38,868 nt of DNA from Minisyncoccia bacterium (GCA_049997835.1 JBEKSI010000002.1:1-38868), one strand, 5' to 3'; shown: positions 26,593 through 35,417, counted from the stretch's first letter. Made by a program: numbers and translations. The notes: generated from the sequence alone by a model not told the origin.

Positions 26593-27689
26593 ACAAGAAA
26601 TTCTTTTTAGCCGTCGGGCTTCTGGCCGGAACAATTTTAGGCGCGGGGATTTTCTCCTTGCCTTACGTTGTTGGTTGGTTGGGGGTTCCGCTCGGTTTTT
26701 CTTATCTGGCGCTTTTTGCGCTGGTTTATTTTTCAATCCATTTGATGTATGCCCGGCTTATTTTAAAAGTAGGACCGGGGCATAACTTTTTAAGCCTTAC
26801 CGAAGAATTTTTGCCCGGGAAATTAAAATTCCTTTCGGACATAGCGATACTGGGGGAGCTGGTTTTAACGCTCACGATTTATTTGATTCTCGCTCCGGTT
26901 TTTATAAGAACAATTTTTAACATAAACGCTCCGACGGCGCTTTTATTTTTTTGGGCGGTTGGCACCGCTTTTATTTTCGTGAAGTTGAAATGGCTGGGAC
27001 TCGTCGAAATTTTGGGAGTTTTGAGCATACTTGCTCTGGTTTTAATAATTTTCTTCCCAGTTGCCTCAAATTTATCCGGGCTCCCGCTATCGCCGCGATC
27101 TTCCGGTTGGATGTTTTGGCTTCTGCCTTTCGGCCCGCTTCTCTTCGCCTTCTCCGGCCGACCGGCGGTTAGTAAGATGATTGAGGTGTATCGCTCGGCA
27201 GATAGTGATTTTTCCATCAATAAAGCCATATTTTTAGGTACATTCCTGCCTGCTTTGCTTTATGCCGGCTTTGTGGCCGCGGTCTTGGTTTTAAATCCCG
27301 CGGTTGGTCCGGATATGTTCGGCGCCCTTAACTTCCCGCCATTTCTCCTGGGGATATTGGGATTTTTGGGTCTTGTCTCCATCTGGACATCATATTTTAT
27401 GATAGGGCTTAATTTGAAGGAGATTTTAAGACAGGACTTGAGATGGAATAAATTTCTCTCGGGCATAACCGTGATTTTTCTTCCGTTAATTTTTTATGTA
27501 TTAGGTTTTCAGAATTTTTTGGAGACGATAGGCATCGTCGGAGGCGTATTTCTCGCGCTTGAAGGAATATTCATTACCGCGATGTGGCGGAAGGTCTTTA
27601 GGGAAAATAAATTGCGGGTGGCTTCCTTAATTCTCTATCTTATATTTTTTGCGGCTATCGCCTATGAAGTTGTGAAATATGTTTCATGA
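26589..27689 (+). CDS. Amino acid permease-like polytopic membrane transporter
   Basis: About 10-11 hydrophobic helices. N-terminal 'GTILGAGIFSLPYVV' resembles amino-acid transporter helix 1. ATGA overlaps at both ends. Confidence 0.55.
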   Translation: MNKKFFLAVGLLAGTILGAGIFSLPYVVGWLGVPLGFSYLALFALVYFSIHLMYARLILKVGPGHNFLSLTEEFLPGKLKFLSDIAILGELVLTLTIYLILAPVFIRTIFNINAPTALLFFWAVGTAFIFVKLKWLGLVEILGVLSILALVLIIFFPVASNLSGLPLSPRSSGWMFWLLPFGPLLFAFSGRPAVSKMIEVYRSADSDFSINKAIFLGTFLPALLYAGFVAAVLVLNPAVGPDMFGALNFPPFLLGILGFLGLVSIWTSYFMIGLNLKEILRQDLRWNKFLSGITVIFLPLIFYVLGFQNFLETIGIVGGVFLALEGIFITAMWRKVFRENKLRVASLILYLIFFAAIAYEVVKYVS

Positions 27690-29017
27690 AATTTTCTCGG
27701 GATAATTTAATTCGTAACAGTATCCTGCTTTTTGTGTTTTCCATACCCTTTGGGATGAAAAAATTCCTTTTTGATTTCCCGACACCGTTTAAGAACTTTT
27801 ACACGTCCGAATATACTTCGGCGTTTCTTTACGAGAGCGATATTTTATTTTTGCTCTTTTTTCTTCTACTCTTTTTCAGCAGGCCGCTTTCCTGGTGGAG
27901 GGAGAAACTGAGTAAGTTTAAAATGCCGCTTTTGTTTCTCGCACTATTTTTAATATTTTCCGCCTTTTCTTTGATTTTTGCCGGTTATTCTTTCTTCGGT
28001 ATTTATTCCTTCGGGCGTCTCGCGCTCGGCATTCTTTCCGCCCTCGCGATTGGCGCGGCGCTTCGGGATAATATCGTGCGCTTCAAGGAAATCGCGGTTG
28101 TAATTTCCGTTGCGGCGGTTCTGGAATCTGTTATCGGCTTTCTCCAATTTGCTCTTCAGAAAAGCGCCGGATTATGGTTTCTGGGCGAGACGGTTTTTAA
28201 TTCCGACACGCCGGGCATCGCGAGGATAGTTGTAAACGGCCTTAAACTCGCCCGCGCTTACGGCACGATGCCCCATGCGAACATTCTCGCGGGTTTTTTG
28301 GTTTTAGGCCTCCTTTCTCTTTTCTACCTCCTTATCAAAGAAGAAAAATCCTCATTAAGGATTATTCAATCAACCGGAATTTTTGTCGTCCTCGCCGGGC
28401 TTCTCGTCACTTTTTCCCGCTCCGGCTGGATTACGGCCGCCCTCGCCGCGCTTGTTTTTATCATCTGGGAATTGTTTGCCGACAAGGAACGCCGAAGGAA
28501 AATAATTTACTTAATGTCATTATTAGTCGTTGTTAGTTGTTCGTTGTTAATTGTTCTAAGTTGGGTGATTTTCCCCCGCGCCAATTTTTCCGCCAGTGAA
28601 GCGCCGGTTGCCGATCGCTGGAGTTATAACAAACTGGGCCTGGAACTTATTATTTCTCATCCATTGGGCGTAGGTATCGGGAACGAACTTTTTTATGCCT
28701 ACCACAACGGTTTCTTTGAAAAATACGACGTGAATTCCCTGGGTCAGTGGCAGCCGATACATAATCTGTATTTGATGATAGGAACGGAGACGGGAATTTT
28801 GGGACTCGTGAGTTTTATTGTGTTTATAACTCTACTTTTATTAGGAGTGTTCAGAGTTTTTAGTTCAGAGTTTTTAGTTCCTTGTATAATGCTATTCGCA
28901 TTATTAGCGTTCGGTCTCTTTGACCATTTCCTTTGGGATTTGCAGTTGGGAAGATTGATGTTGTGGGTAACGATAGGAATTTTACTAGGCATGGCACAAG
29001 ACAAAAATCCGGCATAA
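27686..29017 (+). CDS. O-antigen ligase / Wzy-like polymerase family membrane protein
   Basis: Polytopic. 'LLVTFSRSGWITAAL', then a loop with 'HPLGVGIGN' and 'IHNLYLMIGTETGILGL', typical of the Wzy_C/O-antigen ligase domain. Confidence 0.7.
   Translation: MKFSRDNLIRNSILLFVFSIPFGMKKFLFDFPTPFKNFYTSEYTSAFLYESDILFLLFFLLLFFSRPLSWWREKLSKFKMPLLFLALFLIFSAFSLIFAGYSFFGIYSFGRLALGILSALAIGAALRDNIVRFKEIAVVISVAAVLESVIGFLQFALQKSAGLWFLGETVFNSDTPGIARIVVNGLKLARAYGTMPHANILAGFLVLGLLSLFYLLIKEEKSSLRIIQSTGIFVVLAGLLVTFSRSGWITAALAALVFIIWELFADKERRRKIIYLMSLLVVVSCSLLIVLSWVIFPRANFSASEAPVADRWSYNKLGLELIISHPLGVGIGNELFYAYHNGFFEKYDVNSLGQWQPIHNLYLMIGTETGILGLVSFIVFITLLLLGVFRVFSSEFLVPCIMLFALLAFGLFDHFLWDLQLGRLMLWVTIGILLGMAQDKNPA
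28849..28880 (+). repeat. 14-nt direct tandem repeat (about 2.3 copies) inside the ligase-like CDS
   Basis: TTCAGAGTTTTTAG at 28850-28863 and again at 28864-28877, followed by the partial copy TTC. Translated in frame as FRVFSSEFLVP. Confidence 0.9.
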
Positions 29018-29031
29018 AGCCGGATTTTTTT
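29003..29031. terminator. Bidirectional hairpin terminator
   Basis: AAAAATCCGGC-ATAAA-GCCGGATTTTTTT. The ligase-like gene's TAA stop (29015-17) lies in the loop. It also sits just downstream of the minus-strand tRNA. Confidence 0.7.
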
Positions 29032-29036
29032 GTTTG

Positions 29037-29108
29037 TGCCCTCGAGAAGAATCGAACTTCTATCTTCTCCTTCGGAGGGAGATGTCCTATCCATTGAACT
29101 ACGAGGGC
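29037..29108 (-). tRNA. tRNA-Arg (anticodon CCG)
   Basis: Hand-folded cloverleaf from the reverse complement: GCCCTCG TA GTTC AATGGATA GGAC A TCTCC CT-CCG-AA GGAGA AGAT AGAAG TTCGATT CTTCT CGAGGGC A. Acceptor stem 7 bp. T-loop TTCGATT. No encoded CCA. Confidence 0.85.
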
Positions 29109-29178
29109 GTCGTAGAATTAATACCAGCTTTTACTGAGAGAGGCAAGAAGCGTATCAAGAAAAAGAAGTAAAATTTCT

Positions 29179-29583
29179 CTAGCTCCTAAAATCAACCTGG
29201 AATCGATACATACCCATCCCGCATGTCCCCAGAAGAGTGCTAAGTTGCGGAGTGCCGATATCAATGTCGGTATTCCCGGACGAGGGAAGAACTTTCGATA
29301 TGTTCAGACTCGGGATGCGAATGGATGACGAACAATCGAATGTTCCGTTTGTACGGAATCGCAATACGGTGGGAACTCCCGCCTTGGCGATGCTCTCTCC
29401 CGGCCGGTAGCCGCCCTTGGCAGCTATTTCTATGATCTGTTTTCCGTCGGCAATACTCACGTTATCGACGGGGGCGCTTACGCCGCTTTGCGGACTCGGA
29501 TTCCTGCCTTGCGTAAACAGAACAGCTCCACCGACAATGACGGCGGAAATAAGTATTGATATGGGTAAAATTTTGGAACTCAT
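29179..29583 (-). CDS. Membrane-anchored cupredoxin-like domain protein
   Basis: N-terminal TM, then a ~100-aa beta domain ending 'LLGTCGMGMYRFQVDF' (Cys/Met-rich metal-site-like string). Last gene of the cop operon. Confidence 0.55.
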   Translation of the reverse strand: MSSKILPISILISAVIVGGAVLFTQGRNPSPQSGVSAPVDNVSIADGKQIIEIAAKGGYRPGESIAKAGVPTVLRFRTNGTFDCSSSIRIPSLNISKVLPSSGNTDIDIGTPQLSTLLGTCGMGMYRFQVDFRS

Positions 29584-29595
29584 AAGCGTATTGTA

Positions 29596-30630
29596 CTAGA
29601 AGTTGAAGACCGGCGGTATGGCCCCTATAACGACCAAACTGTTTATTAGATTGAAGAGCGCGAACATGATTACGATGAGCCCCGCGGTTTTAAAGAAGAT
29701 GCCGGCCTTTGAACTGTTCTTAATACTGAACGAGCTGAAACTTATGAGCGCGAGAACAGGCAGAGTTCCCAAGGCAAATGCGAGCATAGTGAACCCTCCC
29801 GTGAAAAAACTTCCCGTAGAAAGCGTGTAGATTTGCATTGATTGCGTAAAGCCGCACGGCAGGAAGAAGGTTGCCACGCCGACGAAGAGCGGCGTAAGCG
29901 TGTGGTTGAATTTTGATATGCCTAAGGCGTGTTTGGAAAGAAACTTCGGCATCGCCGGCTGGAGTTTCTTTGTCCAATGAAAAACATCCAAAAGATTGAT
30001 GCCTAAAATGAGCATAACAATGCCGATAGCGAGGCCTAAAATGAATGTCATCGTGGTGTTCAAGGCGAAAGCGGAACCGATTGCCCCGATAACCCCGCCT
30101 AAAATAAAGAACGAAGTTATGCGTCCCCCGTGAAACAAAAGCTGCGGCCTTACTTTATCTCCCTCTCTTGCGAATGTGGCCGACATAGAGAGAAGTAAGC
30201 CGCCCACGACTGCCATGCAGGTTGAAAGTGATGCGACGATGCCGACAAGAAACGCGGTCCCGTACGAGACCGAACCGGCATTTATAAGATTCACGAGCCC
30301 TAATTTTTGCAGGGTGAAAAATAATACGGCAAACGCGAGGGCGGTGGGAACGGCAATTTTAAATTCCGACCAGTTCGCCGTCGTTATTCTCTTTTCAACA
30401 GAAAGGTTGTAGCCGTGTTTTAAAAGTACCCCTGAGAGCTCCTCGGCAAGCGCTTCCGGGAGTTTATCTCCGAAATCTCCCGTTATCTCAACCGAATGAT
30501 GCTTTAAACTTGATTTTACTTTTGTGACGAAAGGGATGTCCTGAAGCTCGCTTTCCGTCATGAGCTCGCAGGCCTTGCAATGCATCCCGTTTACGTGAAA
30601 TATGAAGGTTTTTTGCGTTTGGGGTTCCAT
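29596..30630 (-). CDS. HMA (heavy-metal-associated) domain fused to a TauE/SafE- or DsbD_2-like polytopic membrane domain
   Basis: 'FIFHVNGMHCKACE' HMA CxxC motif, then about 6-8 TM helices. The ATG at 30630 lies 4 nt after the copA stop, and the track start at 30711 overlaps copA. Confidence 0.65.
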   Translation of the reverse strand: MEPQTQKTFIFHVNGMHCKACELMTESELQDIPFVTKVKSSLKHHSVEITGDFGDKLPEALAEELSGVLLKHGYNLSVEKRITTANWSEFKIAVPTALAFAVLFFTLQKLGLVNLINAGSVSYGTAFLVGIVASLSTCMAVVGGLLLSMSATFAREGDKVRPQLLFHGGRITSFFILGGVIGAIGSAFALNTTMTFILGLAIGIVMLILGINLLDVFHWTKKLQPAMPKFLSKHALGISKFNHTLTPLFVGVATFFLPCGFTQSMQIYTLSTGSFFTGGFTMLAFALGTLPVLALISFSSFSIKNSSKAGIFFKTAGLIVIMFALFNLINSLVVIGAIPPVFNF

Positions 30631-30634
30631 ATGA

Positions 30635-32938
30635 TTATAGTTTTTTGGTTTTAAGGCGAAGCGAGTTGCCGACAACCGACACGCTTGAAAAGGCCATCGC
30701 GAGGCCCGCAAAAATGGGATTCAGCAACCAGCCAAAGATCGGATAAAATAGTCCTCCGGCAAGCGGGATGCCCACGATGTTGTAGATGAATGCCCAGAAA
30801 AGATTTTGCTTGATGCCGCGCATTGTTATTTTTGAAAGTTTGATGGCTTTGACGAGCTTAGAAATATCTCCGTGGAGAAGCGTGATGCCAGCGCTTTCTA
30901 TCGCCACGTCGGTTCCCGTCGCCATCGCGATGCCGATGTCGGCCTGGGCGAGAGCGGGAGCATCGTTCACTCCGTCGCCAGCCATGGCAACGATCTTGCC
31001 TTGCGACTGAAGTTCTTTGATTTTATTTAATTTATCTTCCGGCATTGCTTCCGCCACCACCTCGTCAATGCCAACTTGCTCTGCAATGTACCGCGCCGTA
31101 TTTTTATCGTCGCCCGTAAGCATCACAATTTTTATTCCCAGTTTATGAAGATTTTTTACCGCTTCTATCGCTTCCGGCTTTATGGCGTCGGCCACCATCG
31201 CGACACCCAACACCTTTTCTTTGGTCGCGAGAATAACCGGGGTCTTGCCCTCCAGGGTTTCTTTTTCAAGCGCGCGGGTATCGAACGATAAATTGAGCTC
31301 TCGGATGAGTTTCATGTTGCCGGCGTGGTATTCCGTATTTTCTATCGTTCCTTTGAGTCCTTGGCCTTTTATGGCGTTGAAGCTGCTTACAGAAAGAAGC
31401 GAAATATTTTTTTCGTTTGCATATGAAACTATCGCGTGGGCGATCGGGTGCTCCGATTTTTTCTCAAGCGATGCCAGCAACGAAACAAGTTCGTTGTCGC
31501 TCTTTTTGGAAAAATTCTGAATGGATACCAATTCGGGTTTTCCTTTGGTGATCGTGCCGGTCTTGTCCACCACAATAACGTTTACTTTATGGAGTTTTTC
31601 CAATGTCCCCGCGTCTTTAATAAGGATGCCTTCCTTTGCGCCCTTGCCGACTCCGACGATGATGGCCGTGGGAGTTGCGAGCCCCAGGGCGCACGGGCAG
31701 GCGATTACGAGAATGCCGACGAAAGATACCAGGCCGTACGAAAACGCCTGGGAGAAGCCAAGGTACCCCGTTCCGATGGCGAGCCACAGACCAAGCGCAA
31801 TGAATGAAAGCGCCAGAACAACGGGAACAAAAACGCCCGAAATCTTGTCCGCCAACGCCTGAATGGGCGCCCGGCTTCCCTGCGCTTCCTCCACCATTTT
31901 GATAATGCCCGCGAGAAGCGTCTCTGAGCCGACCTTCGTCGCTTTGAAAGTAAACGAGCCGGTTGTGTTGATGGTCCCGGCAACCACCGTATCCCCAATA
32001 TTCTTTTCTACGGGAATGGGTTCGCCGGAAACCATGGCTTCGTCTACGTACGACGAGCCCTCGGTGAGCACGCCATCAACGGGAATTTTGCCTGCGGGTT
32101 TTACAATGATTAAATCTCCGTGAACCACCTGACCAACGGGTATTTCCGTTTCTTTTCCGCCGCGAAGAACCAGGGCGGTTTTCGCCTGAAGATTAAGGAG
32201 TTTCTCTATGGCATCGCCGGTTTTTATTTTTGAACGCGCTTCAAGATATTTGCCGAGAGTGATAAAAGCGATGACGATGATAGTAACGTCAAAGTAGGTT
32301 TGTTCTACATTAACGAACGGCCTTAAAGTTTCCGCAAAGGCGGTAACTACAAAGCTATAGAGATACGCGGCGGATGTGCCGATACCGATGAGCGTGTCCA
32401 TATTGGCTTTGCCGTAGCGCAGGAAACGATAAAAGCCGAGCAGGTAGGGTTTGCCTACCACAAAAAGGGTGTAGGTGGCCATTAATGGCAAGAGATAGCG
32501 GAAGAAATTGCTCCAAACGTAGGGGATGGCGGGAACCGCGCCCAATTGCGCCGAAATATCCCAGCCAATCACAAAGATACTGATCAGCGTAAGCGGAATG
32601 ACAGACATTATTTTTTTCTTCATGTCAGCAAGCTCCGCGAGCTTCTCCTGTTTGGATTGATTGAGTCCGAGGTGCGCGGCGTGCTCGCTGGGGGACATGT
32701 TCATTTCTTCCGCGCTGAGTGAGGTAGGGATAATAAGCGAGTAGCCCAAGGGTTCTATTTTTTTGGAAAGATGATGCGGACTCGTTTTAGCTTCGTCAAA
32801 AGTAATTTTTGCGGCTTCGGTTCCGTAGTTTGTTTCCACAGATTGAACACCCTCTGTTTTCTTGAGGGTCTTTTCAATGATGCCGGCGCACGAAGCGCAG
32901 TGCATCCCCCTTATTTTATAGGTTTCCGTCCGGTTCAT
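30635..32938 (-). CDS. copA: Copper-translocating P1B-type ATPase
   Basis: HMA 'GMHCASCA', TM6 'ACPCALGLATP', phosphorylation site 'DKTGTIT', 'MLTGD', 'GDGVNDAPAL'. Confidence 0.95.
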   Translation of the reverse strand: MNRTETYKIRGMHCASCAGIIEKTLKKTEGVQSVETNYGTEAAKITFDEAKTSPHHLSKKIEPLGYSLIIPTSLSAEEMNMSPSEHAAHLGLNQSKQEKLAELADMKKKIMSVIPLTLISIFVIGWDISAQLGAVPAIPYVWSNFFRYLLPLMATYTLFVVGKPYLLGFYRFLRYGKANMDTLIGIGTSAAYLYSFVVTAFAETLRPFVNVEQTYFDVTIIVIAFITLGKYLEARSKIKTGDAIEKLLNLQAKTALVLRGGKETEIPVGQVVHGDLIIVKPAGKIPVDGVLTEGSSYVDEAMVSGEPIPVEKNIGDTVVAGTINTTGSFTFKATKVGSETLLAGIIKMVEEAQGSRAPIQALADKISGVFVPVVLALSFIALGLWLAIGTGYLGFSQAFSYGLVSFVGILVIACPCALGLATPTAIIVGVGKGAKEGILIKDAGTLEKLHKVNVIVVDKTGTITKGKPELVSIQNFSKKSDNELVSLLASLEKKSEHPIAHAIVSYANEKNISLLSVSSFNAIKGQGLKGTIENTEYHAGNMKLIRELNLSFDTRALEKETLEGKTPVILATKEKVLGVAMVADAIKPEAIEAVKNLHKLGIKIVMLTGDDKNTARYIAEQVGIDEVVAEAMPEDKLNKIKELQSQGKIVAMAGDGVNDAPALAQADIGIAMATGTDVAIESAGITLLHGDISKLVKAIKLSKITMRGIKQNLFWAFIYNIVGIPLAGGLFYPIFGWLLNPIFAGLAMAFSSVSVVGNSLRLKTKKL

Positions 32939-32942
32939 GATT

Positions 32943-33203
32943 CTATTTGCGCTTGAGTCGATATACTTTGAGTATTTCTTCTCTCGCTTTAGCTCCCTTA
33001 CCTTTTTTTATTTGGTCAATAGCGCAGGTGCTCAAATGATTTTCCATTACCATATCCTCAATACCCGAAAGAGCCTGCTTTACGGCGGATGTTTGCGTGA
33101 TGACGTCAATGCAGTAAATATTCTTTTCAACCATTTCCCGCAATCCCCGGACCTGCCCCTCGATTATCTTGAGCCGGCGAATGACTTTCTGTTTGTGGTT
33201 CAT
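32943..33203 (-). CDS. csoR: CsoR-family copper-sensing transcriptional repressor
   Basis: 'RLKIIEGQVRGLREMV' plus the Cys...His-x3-Cys ligand pattern ('IYCIDV', 'HLSTC') of Cu(I)-type CsoR. Confidence 0.85.
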   Translation of the reverse strand: MNHKQKVIRRLKIIEGQVRGLREMVEKNIYCIDVITQTSAVKQALSGIEDMVMENHLSTCAIDQIKKGKGAKAREEILKVYRLKRK

Positions 33204-33218
33204 GTTTATAACGGTTTC

Positions 33219-33246
33219 AGTATATACCCCCTGGGGGTATTGTCAA
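33219..33246 (-). promoter_or_regulatory. cop operon promoter with the CsoR-type operator in the spacer
   Basis: Minus strand reads TTGACA-16 nt-TATACT. The spacer is the palindrome ATACCCCC-T-GGGGGTAT (33224-33240). It overlaps a second palindrome, GTATTG-T-CAATAC (33236-33248). Confidence 0.6.
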
Positions 33247-33298
33247 TACTGACCATGGGGATAAGAACAAATATGGAAGATGTATAATATAAAGAGAC

Positions 33299-33550
33299 AT
33301 GAACAAAAAACTTCTTATAGCGCTCGTGGTCGCGGTGGTTCTTCTCGCGGCGGGGTACTGGTATTGGGGAAATACCCGGGTAGCTCCCACTCCTGAGCAG
33401 GCAAATCTCAATCAGGTTGGGGACAGCGTGGAGGCGATCAACCAGAGCGTAACGCAGGGCGTTATGCCCTCGCTTGCCGTTCCGGACACGAACCCCGTCA
33501 CCAAAACCAATCCCTTCTCCGAGTTGAAAACCAATCCATTCGGCCAATGA
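33299..33550 (+). CDS. Small N-terminally anchored protein with C-terminal TNP(V/F) repeats
   Basis: TM 'LLIALVVAVVLLAAGYWYW'. C-terminus 'DTNPVTKTNPFSELKTNPFGQ'. ATGA overlap with the next gene. Confidence 0.5.
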   Translation: MNKKLLIALVVAVVLLAAGYWYWGNTRVAPTPEQANLNQVGDSVEAINQSVTQGVMPSLAVPDTNPVTKTNPFSELKTNPFGQ

Positions 33551-35367
33551 AAACAAAACATCTTTTAAGTGTTCTTATCCTCGGCGTCGGCATCGTTTCT
33601 TCGTTCCTGATAATGAGCAACGCGGCCCTGGCTCAAACGACGGCCGCGCCGGCGGTTAATCCAATAGCGAACATTCAATACCCCGTTTCTGAACTTGGCA
33701 ATTGCGGGAGCGAAACGGAGTGTAAAACGTACTGCGACAATTCCGCGCACTTGGATGCCTGTCTTTCGTTCGCCGAATCGCACAACCTGATGTCGGCCGG
33801 CGAGATCCAAGCGGCCAAAAAATTCGTGGCGGTGGGCAAGGGTCCTGGCGGATGCGCCACGAAGGAAAGTTGCAACCAGTATTGCGACGATGCGTCGCAT
33901 ATCGATGAATGCGTCGCTTTCGCGGAGAAAAATAATCTAATGTCCCAGAGCCAGCTCACGGAAGCCAAACAAGTGCAGGCGGCCATCAAAAAAGGCGCAA
34001 AGCTTCCGGCCTGCAACGGCAAGGATGCTTGCGACAAGTATTGTAATGATGTGGCACACGTCGAAGAATGTATGGCGTTTGCGAAAGCCGCCGGTTTCAT
34101 GACTCCCGAGGAGATACAAAATTCGGATAAGGTACTTGCGGCCGTAAAGAAAGGAGTAAAACCTCCGGCCTGCAAGGGCAGTGAATGCGACAAGTATTGC
34201 AGCGATCCGGCGCACGCGGAAGAATGCATTGCGTTTTCCGAAGCCGCCGGTTTTATGACTCCGCAGGAAGCCACCATGGCGCGGAAAACGGGTGGCAAGG
34301 GTCCTGGCGGATGCGTGGGTAAAGAACAGTGCGATGCGTTTTGCAATAACCCGGATAATCAGGAAACCTGTTTCAATTTCGGGCGAGATAACGGGATGAT
34401 CCCTCCGGAGCAGCTTCAAAAAATAGATGAAGGGAAAAAGCAATTCACCGATTCATTAAAACAAGCTCCAGTTAAAGTAATAGATTGCATATCAGGCGTG
34501 GTGGGAGCGGATCGTTTGGAAAAATTCAAGAGCGGCACCTTAGTGCCTCCGAAGGATATTGGAAATAAGGTTGGCGAATGTTTTCGTCAGGGAATGCCTC
34601 CCGGTGGTCCCGGAGAAGGCGGTAATATTCCGCCGGCGGGTCAAGGTTCCGGCGATGCGAAGCCATCATTCCAACCCGGGCCGGGAACCACGAACCCCGG
34701 CGGGCAGATGATGCCGCAGCAGGCGGGCCCCGGCGGATGCAAAACACCGGAGGAGTGCCAATCGTTCTGTGCGTCCAATCCCGATGTTTGTAAAAATTTC
34801 AGACCGAGCGGGGAACCCGGAAACCAACCGAGCGTAAAAATAGAAAGAGCGCCCGGCCAATCCGGAGGCAATCCGCCAACTGGCGGGATGATGCCGTCCC
34901 AACCGTGTGAAGGCGATAATTGCAAACAGCTTGCCCCAGGAGGGCAGCCTGGGCAGATTCAGGGAGGAACGCAGGGAGAACTTCAAAATTTCGTTGAAGG
35001 AGAAGCAAGAAAGATGATGCAAAGAATCCAGCCCGGGACACAGATACAACAGAAGCAAGGCCCCTCAACGAACTCGGGGCAAGCTCCTTCAATGGGATTA
35101 GGAGGACAAGGCCAGGCGTGCGCGCCGGGTACACAGTGCGGCCCGGGGTTCAATAATACGCCCGGACAAGCGCCCGCCGCCACTCAGCCGGGGACGTTTA
35201 TCCAAACCCAGCCCGGGAATATGATTCCGCAGGGAAATATAATACCGCAGGGAAATATGATGCCGCCATCCGGAGGCGCTCCGCCGCCGGCAAATGGTTC
35301 CGCGCCGCCGCCACCGCCAGCCGGAGGCTCGCTTCTTGAAGCCGTACAATCATTTTTTGGTTTGTAA
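33547..35367 (+). CDS. Secreted repeat protein: six Cys4 modules followed by a P/G/Q-rich low-complexity tail
   Basis: Signal peptide 'LLSVLILGVGIVSSFLIMSNAALA'. Modules follow C-x(4,5)-C-x3-C-x(6,8)-C. I recognise no known family. Confidence 0.75.
   Translation: MKTKHLLSVLILGVGIVSSFLIMSNAALAQTTAAPAVNPIANIQYPVSELGNCGSETECKTYCDNSAHLDACLSFAESHNLMSAGEIQAAKKFVAVGKGPGGCATKESCNQYCDDASHIDECVAFAEKNNLMSQSQLTEAKQVQAAIKKGAKLPACNGKDACDKYCNDVAHVEECMAFAKAAGFMTPEEIQNSDKVLAAVKKGVKPPACKGSECDKYCSDPAHAEECIAFSEAAGFMTPQEATMARKTGGKGPGGCVGKEQCDAFCNNPDNQETCFNFGRDNGMIPPEQLQKIDEGKKQFTDSLKQAPVKVIDCISGVVGADRLEKFKSGTLVPPKDIGNKVGECFRQGMPPGGPGEGGNIPPAGQGSGDAKPSFQPGPGTTNPGGQMMPQQAGPGGCKTPEECQSFCASNPDVCKNFRPSGEPGNQPSVKIERAPGQSGGNPPTGGMMPSQPCEGDNCKQLAPGGQPGQIQGGTQGELQNFVEGEARKMMQRIQPGTQIQQKQGPSTNSGQAPSMGLGGQGQACAPGTQCGPGFNNTPGQAPAATQPGTFIQTQPGNMIPQGNIIPQGNMMPPSGGAPPPANGSAPPPPPAGGSLLEAVQSFFGL
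33703..34440 (+). repeat. Five tandem ~50-aa Cys4 modules (a sixth, degenerate one lies at about 34726-34800)
   Basis: CGSETECKTYCDNSAHLDAC, CATKESCNQYCDDASHIDEC, CNGKDACDKYCNDVAHVEEC, CKGSECDKYCSDPAHAEEC and CVGKEQCDAFCNNPDNQETC. The first four are each followed by a [LVMI][SA]F[AS][EK]x[HNA][NG][LF]M[ST]-type string ('LSFAESHNLMS', 'VAFAEKNNLMS', 'MAFAKAAGFMT', 'IAFSEAAGFMT'); the fifth is degenerate ('FNFGRDNGMI'). The 22-nt string GGCAAGGGTCCTGGCGGATGCG occurs twice (about 33835 and 34295). Confidence 0.85.
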
Positions 35368-35390
35368 AAAAGAATTCCAGAAACTAAAAC

Positions 35391-35417
35391 CACTCAATAT
35401 TCATTGGGTGTTTTTTT
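35391..35417 (+). terminator. Rho-independent terminator after the repeat-protein gene
   Basis: CACTCAAT-ATTC-ATTGGGTG (8 bp, one G-U) followed by TTTTTTT. Confidence 0.6.

Noticed and set aside
33565-35393. Cluster of minus-strand ORFs (up to 223 aa, several Cys/Arg/Gly-rich) opposite the Cys4-repeat gene
   Set aside because: They are antisense shadows of a GC-rich, repeat-containing gene. The plus-strand frame has a signal peptide, a single uninterrupted 606-aa frame and periodic conserved modules.
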